Origin: Octopus bimaculoides
Taxonomy: Eukaryota
Length of the DNA: 64,000 nucleotides
Assembly (NCBI RefSeq): GCF_001194135.2
Contig: NC_068983.1
Coordinates: 163,863,968-163,927,967, forward strand
Reading direction: 5' to 3'
Shown here: positions 12,267 to 25,777 of the stretch, one piece after another
Position numbering within the stretch: the first letter of the stretch is position 1
How the letters are laid out: each line of letters begins with the position of its first letter
Notes under the pieces: model-generated
Databases searched by the model: none
What the model saw: the letters and a program-made list of their open reading frames with translations, nothing else
Told to the model about the DNA's origin: nothing
Translations under genes and position numbers: made by a program

Positions 12267-12342
<76 letters not shown>

Positions 12343-13135
12343 TATACATATATATATACATATTATACATACAGAATATAAACATATACGCATGCATTTA
12401 TATATGTGTAAGCGTATATGATGGCTATTAGTATCATGATAATAAAATGAAGCAGTGGTGGTATGCTGTGTCTCTTACAACAAGGGTTATTAGAATAATT
12501 GCAATAGTAGTAGTGGATGGTTGTGGTAGGGGGTGGAGGTAATGATGGTAACTGGAGTAGCTTAGTGGTAGTGGTGGTGGTGGTGGTGTTATTGGTAATG
12601 AAGGTACTATTAATAGTAGTAGTAGAGGTAGTAGTAGTAGTAGTAGTAGTAATACGCTCCTTCTATGAGTAGTGGTAGTGATGGTGATTGGGGAAAATAG
12701 ACAGAAAAGTGAGGAAGAAGAGGGAGATGGGGGAGGGGTGGAATCGATCATTGCTTTTCTTTATATAATACCCCATTTCACCTGTTCATTTATATACACA
12801 GGTGTCTGTATCTGTAGGTATGCACACTCACACACACACATGTACACACACACATGTACACACACACACACACACACACACATATGTATGTATGTATGTA
12901 TGTATGAGTGATATGTATGCGTGTGTATATGTATACATTCTTCATTCAACCCTAATTCTATATGCATGTATGCACAAACACACACACACACACACATATA
13001 TACATATATTCACATATATATCTATATTATATCTGTATCTATCTGTCTGTCTATGTCTATATATATCTATATCTATCTATATATTTATATTTATTTGTGT
13101 GTGCATATATGTGTGTGTGCATGTATGTATGTAGT
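12166..13135. repeat. Compound microsatellite field: (TA)n, (TAG/TGG)n, (CA)n, (TATG)n
   Basis: Directly visible. Confidence 0.9.
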
Positions 13136-13405
13136 TTTCATTCATTCTTAATTCTGTAGCTTCTGTTCAGCTAATACTTTTTCTTCAGATTCCTGCACTG
13201 ACTAACTTCATAAAATTTTACTTGAACATGTGCCTATTGTTGTTGTTGATGCTGTTGACTAAAGCTGAATTGTTAATCAGTTTCTCTAAAGCTTCGTATG
13301 TTGCCACAAAAAAAAAAAAACCCAGAAAAAACCCAAAAACCTCACGTATGCAATTCTTGAAACAGCACCAGGTTACTTCTCAATTTAGAGTTTTGATGTC
13401 AATAT

Positions 13406-13406
13406 G

Positions 13407-13484
<78 letters not shown>

Positions 13485-13495
13485 GCTGTTATTAT
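13406..13495. repeat. (ATT)n microsatellite
   Basis: Directly visible. Confidence 0.95.
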
Positions 13496-13848
13496 TAGCA
13501 TTTCAGGGTGATCCTCTGCACTGATTATTTCTGTTGGAATCGTATGAGTCATAACCAATGACTAAGGGAGCCTGTAGCTTTTCTTTCTTCCTTTACAGTT
13601 CAAGAACCTTCCTTAGAATCTCAGCTATTCCTTACAGTCTTCTTATGAAAATTCTTTACACATCTCAATTCCAAATTTCGCAATTATGTTCTTAATTAAT
13701 GTGTTACTGTCTCCAACGCACACTTCTCCCAGAATTACAAACATCCTATATGCACATTATTGGTAAAGTTCTCTCACACTTTGATACCACTTTGTAGTTT
13801 TCTATTCATATACATACATACATACATATATACATATGCTGCCAAGTG

Positions 13849-14118
13849 GATGTTAACATAAAGCTGAAAATCAGTGAAATAGAGAATACCTATGCTGAAC
13901 TATTGAGAAATCTGCAGTTATTCTAAACAGATTACAAGTTCAGGTTTATACCTGTAATTATTGGGGCACTGGGATATGAAACACGCTGCCTAAATACCAA
14001 TCTTGAGAAATTAGGCTTCTCAAAACCAGAAAGGTTAAAGCTACTTCGAAGACTACAGATCCAATCCATCACTGGAACTGTAAAAATCTGTAAAACTTTC
14101 CAAAAGTTTATCATTTAA
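13849..14118 (+). pseudogene. C-terminus of the restriction-like endonuclease domain of an R4/Dong-like non-LTR retrotransposon
   Basis: Manual translation DVNIKLKISEIENTYAELLRNLQLF*TDYKFRFIPVIIGALGY..LEKLGF..LQIQSITGTVKICKTF fits the RLE pattern (K..Y..L...IPV.IGALG...GT.KI); one internal stop; flanked by (TACA)n. Confidence 0.7.
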
Positions 14119-14339
14119 ACATATCTGAGCATGTCTAGATATGCAACTATATGCATAAGAATACATACATAAAGCAAAACATACAAATCTGCACATATAC
14201 ATACATACATACATACACACACCCATACATACATATATACATACATACATACACACACCCATACATACATACATACATACATACATACATACATACATAC
14301 ACACATGCATACACACACACACACACACACACACTTACA

Positions 14340-14485
14340 TAGAAGCAAAAATAGCCTTTTTTTGATGTTGAAATTCCAATGAAGGAACCTTGGATCTAGG
14401 TTAGAAACCAATTCTTTCTCTATTGGCAAGAAATCTTGAAATAAACTGAATAACGACATACATACATACATACATACATACATAC
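14340..14485 (+). mobile_element. 3' end of an unidentified retroelement (aataaa followed by a (CATA)n tail)
   Basis: gaaataaactgaataacgacatacatacat. Confidence 0.4.
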
Positions 14486-14905
14486 ATGATGGCCGTCCAC
14501 TCGTGACCAAGGATGACCATCGCCCACCTTCAGGAACATTGTGCGCTCTAGGACTAACTTATATTTTGCATTTGCGGCTCCGTTGGTGGCTAATGAGCCC
14601 TGCTCTTGGCAAGCATACACGACTGCAAACATTGCAGACCAAGCTTTCCCCATTCACTATACGAGCCATGCGCTTTCGCGCAGCTCGCTTAAGTTCTTCA
14701 TACTGGATATGTGTTCTCTCAAAAGTGTCGATCCCCTCCTTAACCTGCTTCCTCCATCTGTGGCGATGACAGGCTTTCTTCTCCCAGTCAGTGTCCTGCA
14801 TATCACAGGCCTTTAATGAGGACTTGACACAGTCCTTAAATTGCAGCCTTGGTTTCTGCCGGAGTCTCCTTCCATTCACAAGTTCTCCATATAGCAACTG
14901 AACCA
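14486..14905 (-). pseudogene. 3' end of an RTE/BovB-like LINE ORF plus 3' UTR
   Basis: QLLYGEL..G.R....P...FKDCVK..LK.....WE..A..R..WR..V..G...FE and terminal CNVCSRVC..RAGLISHQRS zinc-finger-like motif; tail runs into (ATGT)n. Confidence 0.85.
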
Positions 14906-14915
14906 AATTTGATGA

Positions 14916-15225
14916 CAGGCACCTGTGCCAGTGGAGTGCTAACAGCACCATCCGATCAGGATCACTGCCAGAGCAGCAGTCTCGCTTCTGTGCTGGTGGC
15001 ACGTAAAAAGCACTCACTACACTTTTGGAGTGGTTCGCATTAGGAAGGGCATCCAGCTGTAGAAACTCTACCAGATCAGATTAGAGTCTGGTGTAGCCAT
15101 CTGGTTCGCCAGTCCCCAGTCNNNNNNNNNNAGTCTGGTGTAGCCATCTGGTTCGCCAGTCCCCAGTCAAATCGTCCAACCCATGCTAGCATGGACAGCG
15201 GACGTTAAATGATGATGATGATGAT
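14916..15225 (+). mobile_element. Family D repeat
   Basis: taggaagggcatccagctgtagaaac..ccaacccatgctagcatgg..cgttaaatgatgatg. Confidence 0.85.
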
Positions 15226-15679
15226 ATATAATTTTGATCATTGTTTAATGTTTGTCTTTCATGCCATCAGGTTTTGGATAGTTTGACAGCTTTGACAGAT
15301 TTGACAGCTTTGACAGGAGCTAGCAAGCTGCAATGCCATAATTTCTACAACTGGGTGTCCTTCCTAATACCAAACACTCGAATGGGTGTGCTGGGTGCTT
15401 TTTCTATATATGACCAACACTAGTGAGGCTGCTGTGTATCATGCAAGACAGAAAAAGAACAAAGAAGAAAAGGAAAAGGAAAGGGCCCCCATTATGAAGT
15501 GGGAAGTATTTGAGAGGAGAAGAGAGCTTTATGTCAGACGTTGAAATGCTAAAATATCATAGAGGATAAGCGTGGTTGTCTTGCTTAAGATGAGATGAGA
15601 GTAGTGATGGAGGTGCCAGTGCAAACTCTCAAAGTACAAGAGGGTGAGCATAAAAGATACAGATTCTGTGTGGGTGTGC

Positions 15680-15718
<39 letters not shown>

Positions 15719-15822
15719 NNNNNNNNNNNNNNNNNNNNNNNNNNNNNNNNNNNNNNNNNNNNNNNNNNNNNNNNNNNNNNNNNNNNNNNNNNNNNNNNNN
15801 NNNNNNNNNNNNNNNNNNNNNN

Positions 15823-15860
<38 letters not shown>

Positions 15861-16926
15861 GTGCAATGAAGTAAAAAAAGACAGTAGAGATTGTTTTAGT
15901 GAGGCCCATCACTGGAGAGAAATAACGTGTTACACCATTCAAGTATATACTTCAATTCATTTTAATAACTTTATCATGTACTTGTTAACAGTTATGAGAA
16001 AAGATACACAGAAAATTATGGTTTTAAAATATATATAATGTCCTGCCATTAACCATTAAATTGACAAAGTTCATAAAGAAACTGAAAAATGAACATATTT
16101 TATCATCATCAACTTGAATTATTTCCTAAATCTGAATTGATTTGCTTTTATCAACTTATACAAGTGGAATGTACTTTAATGCAGCATTTCAATGTTCAAA
16201 CAGAGCAGTAGATGTGTGCTGTCTATATTTTCTGTTCATCATCAGTGTTGTCACCTTCATTTTAGTTATCATCATCACCATCCTCATAAATTAAAATATA
16301 TTTTTAAAAAATGCTTCCATGGTTCGTTTTAACATTGAAGACAGCATGGATAGGGCACAACATTATTGCTCGTTTCAATTGCCTCACATTCTCACAAACC
16401 ACTCAACCACTCATTATCTCTCTTTCTTAACCTTCCCCTGAGCTCTATCATCATTTACATCCTGTTATTATTCACCCCCTTCCCTCTAATCACTACATAA
16501 CCCCACAACCATACTCAATCTCTGCAGTTGTCACCTACTCTTACCTACATTTCCTTCTTACCATCCAATCAACACTTGTTTTTCATTCACCCTCACCCAT
16601 TTCTCTATCTCTCACTTTCTCATATACTTTTACAACTTCTACCTACCCACACTCCTTATTCTTCTGTCCCCACATATATCTACTTACCTCATGCTTTGAG
16701 GGTCCACCTGGACACCTTTGCACCATTATTTTCATCTCTTCCCAGCTCTACTCCAATCACCCCAACTCTATCTTTTACAATGTGTGTAGCCATGTAACTC
16801 CTCTACAGCAAGAAACCTCTTCTGCTCATATCCCTTCTCTCATAATTCAATTTAATATAACTTCATCTCCTACAATAAAGCTGCTTTTTCAGGATTGTCT
16901 TGTGAGCTGTATGGTAACCTCACTAG

Positions 16927-17095
16927 TGTTGGTGCCACAAAAAAGCCTCCACTCTATGCCATAAAGTGGTTGGCATTAAGAAGAGCATCCAGTTGCTAAA
17001 GTAGATAATAGAGCATGGTGCCATCCTTGGAGCCATTGGATCCTGTCAAACTGTCCAACGCATGTCAGCATGAAACAGGAACATTAAACAATAAT
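16927..17095 (+). mobile_element. Family D repeat, degenerate
   Basis: gtggttggcattaagaagagcatccag..gtcaaactgtccaac. Confidence 0.55.
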
Positions 17096-17899
17096 AAAAC
17101 AACCATATTCTTCATGCTTACTGACTCAGCCATAAAAATCTGCTGAAGAAGGAGCGTTCTTGATCCTGGCACACCTGATATTCTTGATCCTGGCACACCT
17201 TTCATTAGTTGTTCCTAATTACTAATTGGTCATAAAATATTACTTTATTGCTGATAAAAATCAACCAAATAAATTAATCATTAAGACCCAGATACATTCC
17301 TCTTCCCGCCCCTCTACTATCCAGTCTAGAGACAGAAGGATTTTGCCAGTGGCAGATTATATATTTGTAACACATCAACGCAGGGGTTAGCACATTTCTT
17401 ATCTTCTTAGTCATTGTACCCAGAAGGAATAAATCTAATTAATTTTCCTCTAAATAACATCATAATTCAAGTTTAGAGTTGACTATTGATTATAAAGTAC
17501 AATGTCATACAAAAACTGGTCTTTGGTTTATTTCCTAATCCGCCAGCCATTTGCTAAATCACAAAATAATCTTCCTGAACAATATTTCTCATACACTGAG
17601 TAAATCCAGGCTTATCCTATTTTTGAAATTTTACACACAATTCAATATCTCGTTTATAAATAACCTTCTCAGCAATTATTGTATTTGTTGTGTCTGTGCT
17701 TTTGTTGTTGGCATTTTTGTGTCTGCGTTAGATAAACAATTATGGTTCTAGTTCGGCACCCTTGTCATACTAAAATATCGAAATGAAATCATTGAGATAT
17801 ATTTATTCAACTTGTGCTAATCCTTACTGAAAAAACAATTTAACTGTTTCTCACTGACAAAAATTCCTTTCATGACATCAACTCTTCAGCATTTAAACC

Positions 17900-17932
<33 letters not shown>

Positions 17933-18227
17933 NNNNNNNNNNNNNNNNNNNNNNNNNNNNNNNNNNNNNNNNNNNNNNNNNNNNNNNNNNNNNNNNNNNN
18001 NNNNNNNNNNNNNNNNNNNNNNNNNNNNNNNNNNNNNNNNNNNNNNNNNNNNNNNNNNNNNNNNNNNNNNNNNNNNNNNNNNNNNNNNNNNNNNNNNNNN
18101 NNNNNNNNNNNNNNNNNNNNNNNNNNNNNNNNNNNNNNNNNNNNNNNNNNNNNNNNNNNNNNNAATTTACTTATGCCATTGGTCTCTTTATCTCATTCTT
18201 TTTCATATATATATATATATGATATAT

Positions 18228-18468
18228 ATTTGTTTGTCCCCTCTATGTTTAGCCCCTTGTGGGCAATAAAGAAATAAGATATATATGGTCAAATCGTTCT
18301 ATCTCTTTCATGTTCACACTGGCCAGATCTGGACTCTCACACCTACCCTACGATGTTATTGTGAAAATAAGCAATCTCGAAGCTATGAGAAAATGCACAA
18401 TTACTTCGAAGCAATGTGAAAATAAAAGCATCACATTAGATACAGTAACTTGAATGCTAAAGGCTTAA
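18228..18468 (+). mobile_element. Family A tail followed by the right end of a TTAA-terminated MITE-like repeat
   Basis: gtcccctctatgtttagcccc tail; ends ctaaaggcttaa, like the ctaaagggttaa end at 22390-22401. Confidence 0.45.
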
Positions 18469-19055
18469 ACTAGTCTTGTTTTGATGTCCTGCCATTTTAT
18501 TCTCTGAATCTAAGTTACCTTCCTGAAAGCTAGGGTACAGACCACAACCATACATTCAATACATGTCTAAAAGTTTCAGATCCAGAGAATGTCTATTGTC
18601 AACTCAATTTGACAAAATTACTTTATTCAATTCAATTTAGTAACAGTTTACACTTGTCAAAGCAGCAGGAGAGGGAGACTATACCTGCTAGAAATAACAG
18701 CCATAATATGCTTTCAAATAACCACCTATTATGTATTAGTCAAGATAACATCTAACTCTCAAGACTCAAAACTGATTTGTTTTGAATAGGGACCATAAGG
18801 AGGATCCTTGTTCATTTATTGAGAGCTGCAAAGTAAAACGGTGTGACTAATGAGTATGACTAAAGATTTGACATTATTAGGTGTGATTACTAAGTCACAA
18901 GACTTGAGTAATGAGCTTGCACTGGTGCGTCATAACTACTCATTTCCTATCATGTTATAGATGGGGATACGAGCAGATGTGCAAAGTACCCTTTATTTGT
19001 CAAGTATTATAGCTAGTTGAAATAAGCTTTTGTAGACTACAATATATTTGACAAG

Positions 19056-19275
19056 GGTGACAAGCTGGCAGAATTGTTAGCATACTTAGCAGTATTTTGT
19101 CTACCATTACGTTCTGAGTTCAAATTCCGCCGAGGTCAACTTTGCCTTTCATCCTTTCAGGGCCGATTAAATAAGTACCAGTTAAGCACTGGGGTCAATG
19201 TACTCAACTTAATTCCTTTGTCTGTCCTTGTTTGTCCCCTCTATGTTTAGCCCCTTGTGGGCAATAAACAAATAA
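19056..19275 (+). mobile_element. SINE family A
   Basis: Full head, central domain and tail; shows CpG decay. Confidence 0.85.
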
Positions 19276-19879
19276 ATATATTTGACAATGAAGGTGATTA
19301 TGATGTTTTAATTGGATTCTTTTCATACACATATTTCTAAGGAGTACCGTATTTCTATGTTTTAAGTCTTAGAAGCACCTACTTGCAATAAAGATCAAAT
19401 ATCCAATGATATAAACACTAAATACAATATTTCATCTGCTGGAATCTATTCATTAGCTTTGGTAATGATGAAGAATAATTAAGGAATAGCAGCAGCCATT
19501 AACGTTTTATGTCCTTTCAGACTTTGAGATTAAGGTGATGGGATGAGGTCATTAATGTTTAATTTCTGTAATACCTGCAGATAAGGAGATAAAGGAGAAA
19601 AAAAAATTAAAGAGGAATCTTTAATGATATATTGTCATTGGCAAAGAATTTGGTAAAGAATTTAAAATCTGTTCTTAGAAGTTAAGATATACTCAAGTGT
19701 TGAAAGGAGGAATGGTGAGGGAATTGGATAGAGTTAGGGACAGATCTATTAATTTCAAAGGAACAAAAGCTACTGTAGTCATTGTCGACTAAACAGGGAA
19801 AGGGCCCAACCTACAGATCGACAATATTTGGTGGAGAGCACCGTTTGCCTAACATGTTAGTCTGTATTACTCTATAAGG

Positions 19880-20100
19880 AGCATAGGGCTGGTTTCTTGT
19901 TTTTTCCAGCATATATACATTCCTCCTTGGACAGATTGCCCGCCTATTGCAGGATTAATAATTTTTACCAGCTGACTGGACTGGAGGAACATGAAATGAA
20001 GAGTCTTGCTCAAGAACACAATGCATCACCCAGTTCAGGAATTGAAACCACAATCTTAAAATCATGAGTCAAACCCTCTAAACACTAAGCTATGTGCCAC
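19880..20100 (-). mobile_element. tRNA-derived SINE (E-type head; tail shared with 58866-59172)
   Basis: catagggctggtttc..cttggacag; ttgctcaagaacac; ggaattgaaacc. Confidence 0.65.
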
Positions 20101-20439
20101 CACTTTTGCCTGACTGGGTATCCTGGAACTATAAAAAAAGAGTTATCTTCTCAAAGATCCCTTGTACATCTAACAATATAGCTTGATAAACCAATTTATA
20201 AACTTCCGTTATTCTTAAATCTTTTGGCTATGATAGCTAAATTTCCAACATCAAATCCCTTTTATTTTCAGTATGTAGACTTCTTTATTTTAGAATCTTT
20301 ATTAACCAAATGGTCAAAGCTGGAATGTCAGTCAAACGATTTCAGGATGGACCTTGTCCAGTTTTACTAAAGCAGAACTCACAGAGACAAAACAATGATA
20401 ACCATAATATTGATGCTGTAAAAAAGTGTCAAGATCCCT

Positions 20440-20750
20440 ACCATTCAGTTATGAATGACCACGGGATTGCACCTAGAAAGTCGCCCTCTGAGGCACAAGT
20501 CCAGGCAAGGTTATTTATAGAAGACCAGCAGTTGCCCATGCATGCCGGCCTCTCCTCTCCATGCTAGAAATGTTATCCAAGAGAAAAGTCAAAGGGGATG
20601 ATACAGCTTAGAACCAGTGATTCTGCAATCCACTTCTACAGCTGAGTGAACTGGAGCAACATGAAATAAAGTGTCTTGCTCAAGAACACAACACACAGCC
20701 TGGTCCTGGAATTGAACTCACTACCTCATGATTGTGAGCCTGATGCTCAA
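20440..20750 (-). mobile_element. SINE family E
   Basis: Homologous to 10179-10470. Confidence 0.8.
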
Positions 20751-21443
20751 TATTCAGTTAATGTTATCAGAACTTATATGTTTAGAGCCTGGCTTGTAGT
20801 AAAAACTATTGATTGATGTGCCAAGTGGAATAATTCATACTATGACCATTTAATAAGTGCCTTGGGATGATGTCTGCCCTCAGAATATGTCAGAATGGTG
20901 AAAAGGTTATCTTAATGCTTTCATTAATTTGACTCTGGAGAAAACATCAACTAATTTTACCGTTTAATAATTTTCCTTTCAATTAAATAAGTTTCAATTA
21001 TTAATTCATGAAAATCCAATTCAGTTCAATGTTTCTTTTCAAAACAAATGAATATAAAATAGGCAAAAAATTATATGCAGCACAAATAAAAAGTTGTTTC
21101 TGGTATAACTGTCTTGGGAACTAAATTATAATACAACTGAAAACGAAGGCAGGGAAACAAAAAACATAAATCAAGAACAAGCTGTTTATAAAAAGCAGAC
21201 AAAATAAAGACCCTTGAACTTTATAATGGAAGCGTAAGTGAAGAAATATGCAATGTTGTTAATAAAAAAGCCAATCTTTAACCTGTTCCCTCCTTCCAGA
21301 AGAGAGAGAAACCATAAAATCACACAGAGCTTATAAGAGTTAATGCTTTATTAAAATGCTTGTTTTTTGCAGAGCATGACAAATCTCTATCAGGAATTGT
21401 TACAAACAAGACAGCTTACTTAATGAGAATATATATCTATATA

Positions 21444-22270
21444 TTAGGTTGTCGAGAAAGTTCTTGCGGTTTTTAACCTTTAAATTCAGATGCACATATC
21501 TCGACTCAAACAAAACTTTATTAATCGAAATAAACACCATCAGAATCAACACACTTTTGCCGACACGAAACAAGTTTATTTATGTCAGTAGCATAAAAGT
21601 CCGGCGTTCTGGTGGCAATGAAGTCGTTAAAGGCGTTTTTGGCATCGTCTTGGTTTTTGAAGCATTTCTCATGCAGGAAGTTGTCGAGATGCTTGAAAAA
21701 GTGGTAGTAGGCAGGCGAGAGGTCTGGTGAGTATGGCGGATGAGGCAGTTTCGTAGCCCAATTCTTTCAACTTCTGCAAGGTCAATTGTGCAATATGCGG
21801 CTGAATGTTGTCGTGGAGAAGAATTGGTCCTTTTCTATTGACCAATGCTGACTGTTGTTGTCGGAGTTTCTTATGCATTTCATCCATTTGCTGACAGTAG
21901 TTCTCTGCCATAATGGTTTTGCCTAGATCTCAAAAGCTGTGATGGATGAGACCAGCTGCAGACCACCAAACAGTCACCATGACCTTCTTTTGGCACAACT
22001 TTGGCTTCGGGAAGTGCCGTGGAGCTTCATCAGCATCCAATCATTGAGGTGAGCATCGCCAGTTGTCGTAAAGAATCCACTTTTCATCACAAGTCACAAT
22101 CCGGTGAAGAAACGGATCATTCTTGTTGTGTAAAAGAAGGGAAGACGACATTTCAAAATGGCATTTTTGAGGGTTGTCATTCAATTCGTGCAGCACCCAT
22201 TTCTCAAGTATTTCTGTTTTTCCAATCTCTTTCAAGTGGTTGGAAATTGTCATATACATTACCATTGCTA
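21444..22270 (-). mobile_element. Mariner (DD34D, Hsmar1/cecropia-like) element, 5'-truncated pseudogene with one TIR
   Basis: KWV.HEL, RIVTCDEKWILYDN, KKVMVTVWW, ILLHDN, HPPYSPDLSP; stop at 21521; TIR ttaggttgtcgagaaagttcttgcggttttt after TA at 21442-21443; internal stops and a frameshift. Confidence 0.92.
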
Positions 22271-22289
22271 TATATCCAGACTATGAATT

Positions 22290-22401
22290 CGTATTTCTAG
22301 AATGTCAATGTAGGTGTGAGAGGCTAGACATGGCTAGTTCAAATATAAAACATGTAGAATATTTGGGCCGGATATGACCGGTTTAAACACTAAAGGGTTA
22401 A
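22290..22401 (+). mobile_element. Right end of a TTAA-terminated (piggyBac-type end) MITE-like repeat
   Basis: Ends ccggtttaaacactaaagggttaa. Confidence 0.4.
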
Positions 22402-23749
22402 ATATAAGACCACCTGGAATGGACAATATGCTAACAAATGGACACTTTTATCCTCAACCAGATGAAGCTGTGTTAAGGGAGTAAATAACTTCAATGGTTA
22501 TGGCATAGAATTAACTTACATAATCAGCAATAAAATACATATGTACTCGCCAGGGTATACTTATAATTAGGTAAACATCAACATGTTTATCACTAAAGGT
22601 GCTCAACAAATAAGTATTTATTCATAGAATCATGAATTATGAGGGGTTCTGACACAAATCCATAGAATGAACGAACAGACAGATAAAACCAACTTTGATG
22701 AATGATATAAAGAAAAATATGCATGATCTTTATATATATANNNNNNNNNNNNNNNNNNNNNNNNNNNNNNNNNNNNNNNNNNNNNNNNNNNNNNNNNNNN
22801 NNNNNNNNNNNNNNNNNNNNNNNNNNNNNNNNNNNNNNNNNNNNNNNNNNNNNNNNNNNNNNNNNNNNNNNNNNNNNNNATATATATATATATATATATA
22901 GTATGAGAGAATGAGACATGCATTCAGTTATGAAATCAATAACATACTTAGCTACTTAGCTCAACTAATGACAAGTTGAAGTCAACAAAAGATTTGATGG
23001 CTTCAAACTGTGTCAATTAGGTTTGATATCTGATGGATGTGGTTCCTCTAATTGATATCTACAGGCTGTCTGATATCTAATTGACATAGTTAGGTCATAA
23101 TGTATTTATGTGATCTATCGTAGCTTTGTGAATGTAGTAGGCAACTTGTGCACAGATTCCTTTTATTTGCTTTTCAAATTTTCAGACAGTATCTACCTAG
23201 TTCATATCTTCAAGCTCTAATATATTTAATAGCCATCTACAGGATACATCTGTCTTGTTCATAACTCTAGGCTATATATATATATATATAAGTATCATTG
23301 TAAATGTAAACATCTACAGGATGTAGCTATCCAATTAAGGAAGAACTTTTTTTGAATTTCATTATTCTTTCTATTTGGTTTCATAATTCTTTTGAATGGC
23401 TGACTACTGCCTGACCTAACTCTTTGAGGTCATTTAGTTGCAGATTTCTTGGAGCGTAAACAGATGAGATGTTTTTGCACATCTTTTCCTTCAAATAGCT
23501 GCGTGGTCTTTGCTGTATGTATCCAAAGTTAGTTAACTGGTTGGATTTGTTGTTAGTCTCCAACAATAAACAATTTGGAAGGATTTAGACATTGTTGTGA
23601 AGTATTATTATTTCTTCTTCTTCCATGTCCATTCTTTAACTTGTTGCTCTTTTCCGTGGTCTCTTTCTCTTTCACTTCTCTCTCTCTCTCTCTATCTCTC
23701 TCCATCTCTCACACACACAAAAACACATATATACATATGTATATACATG

Positions 23750-23900
23750 GCATCATTGTTTTAATGTTCACTTTTCCATTCTTGCTTGGGTCAGCTGGAA
23801 TTTGTTGCGGCAGACTTTCTACAGCTTGATGCTCTTCCTGTTGCCAACATTCATTAGTTCCCAAGCAAGATAATATTTTCCTGTAGACAGAAATGAAATG
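23750..23900 (-). mobile_element. Repeat tail related to family D and the alternative B tail
   Basis: ttttccattcttgcttggg..ctacagcttgatgctcttcctgttgccaac. Confidence 0.55.
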
Positions 23901-24084
23901 GCACTGTTATCTCACAATGTTAAGACAAGGAGAAACGAACATTCATTCTCACACACTTTCCTCTGCTGCTCCATTGACCGAAATATCTGGCAGACAATCG
24001 CCAAAGTCCACCCAAAGTGGCTACAAATCTACAGATCTACTTCTCGGATATAAGTTAATGCTGCTGATATATGTATATATATAT

Positions 24085-24157
<73 letters not shown>

Positions 24158-24522
24158 AAATATGTATATATATATACAAGTATAAGTTAGAGGTGTTTAA
24201 AACCTCTAAGGGATAGATATATCCAAAGGCACTTCTGGTAATTACCTCAGTAGGTGTATTCCTTGGTAAAAGGTATATGGCAGCAGGTAATTTAGCAGGT
24301 AACCGTAGTTTTTATATAGGCAAGAAGAAAATGGAGGACAAATAACAAAGAGAAGTGTGTCTTTTGCACTAGTTAGCGATTATTTAATTAGTAAATAAAT
24401 TCAATTTAGCAATTCTAAATCAAATTTCTCAATGTATAATATACTACAGTATATTTATTTTTCTAGATGCTTTGAATAAGATTTCTTCATTATTGAATTA
24501 CTTAATAGAGGTTTCTTTTTTC

Positions 24523-24554
<32 letters not shown>

Positions 24555-24555
24555 T

Positions 24556-24715
24556 AGGGCTTTTCCAGTTCCTGCCTGACAAATCCACTGAGAAGGCGTT
24601 AGTTGGCCTAAGATTATAGTAGAAGACACTTGCCCAAGTGCTATGCAGTGAGATTGAACCCACAGTCATGTTGAATGGAAGCAAAATTCTGACCTCACCA
24701 TACAGCCATGTTGGC
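24556..24715 (-). mobile_element. SINE family B head/body
   Basis: tagtagaagacacttgcccaag..gattgaaccc. Confidence 0.7.
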
Positions 24716-25777
24716 NNNNNNNNNNNNNNNNNNNNNNNNNNNNNNNNNNNNNNNNNNNNNNNNNNNNNNNNNNNNNNNNNNNNNNNNNNNNNNNNNNNNN
24801 NNNNNNNNNNNNNNNNNNNNNNNNNNNNNNNNNNNNNNNNNNNNNNNNNNNNNNNNNNNNNNNNNNNNNNNNNNNNNNNNNNNNNNNNNNNNNNNNNNNN
24901 NNNNNNNNNNNNNNNNNNNNNNNNNNNNNNNNNNNNNNNNNNNNNNNNNNNNNNNNNNNNNNNNNNNNNNNNNNNNNNNNNNNNNNNNNNNNNNNNNNNN
25001 NNNNNNNNNNNNNNNNNNNNNNNNNNNNNNNNNNNNNNNNNNNNNNNNNNNNNNNNNNNNNNNNNNNNNNNNNNNNNNNNNNNNNNNNNNNNNNNNNNNN
25101 NNNNNNNNNNNNNNNNNNNNNNNNNNNNNNNNNNNNNNNNNNNNNNNNNNNNNNNNNNNNNNNNNNNNNNNNNNNNNNNNNNNNNNNNNNNNNNNNNNNN
25201 NNNNNNNNNNNNNNNNNNNNNNNNNNNNNNNNNNNNNNNNNNNNNNNNNNNNNNNNNNNNNNNNNNNNNNNNNNNNNNNNNNNNNNNNNNNNNNNNNNNN
25301 NNGAAATCTTTTCAGTCAGAAAACATGAAATACAAAATACACAGAACAAAGCCAAATTTATTCCAGACAATGTATTAGAAATAATAGAAATATAATTGTT
25401 GCCCCCTTTTAATTTTCTCTTTTTTTTTTCTATATATATTTAGAGATTAAAATAGTTTCTTTGAATTTGGAAGCGTCATCTAATCTTCAGAAGCTTATTA
25501 AAGGTTATTGCGGCAATAACTATTATTTATTTGAAAAATGAATTTTTTTAAAGGGTGTAAAATTATGAAATAAGAAAGGAAAAACAAAAATATAAAAGAC
25601 AATGGGAAAAAATAGATAAGAGAATAATATCTGCCAAATAATTTCTTTTGAACTGAAACAAGAAGAAAATGATTAGATTCAATAAAAATGCGGACTGAAT
25701 CTAAAGGAGAAGAGTGTTATGGAGATTAACATTTACAGATAGATAATTGCAAGTATTTTTATCTTCTTCTTCATCAT

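Noticed and set aside
12166-13159. YI/CV/HT-repeat and homopolymer ORFs here and at 28002, 34742, 45302 and 52043
   Set aside because: They are translations of di- and trinucleotide microsatellites with no coding evidence.
14906-15017. N-terminal part of the 152-aa ORF 14559-15017
   Set aside because: It is antisense family D sequence fused by chance to the RTE remnant.
15085-15170. 37-bp direct repeat around a 10-N gap
   Set aside because: Typical unmerged contig overlap, an assembly artefact.
16430-16925. Strongly C/T-biased stretch suggesting an old retroelement
   Set aside because: No recognisable peptide in frames I could read; left unassigned.
17143-17200. ctgaagaagga..tcct followed by a 20-bp direct repeat
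   Set aside because: No GAAA or helix III; only a small local duplication.
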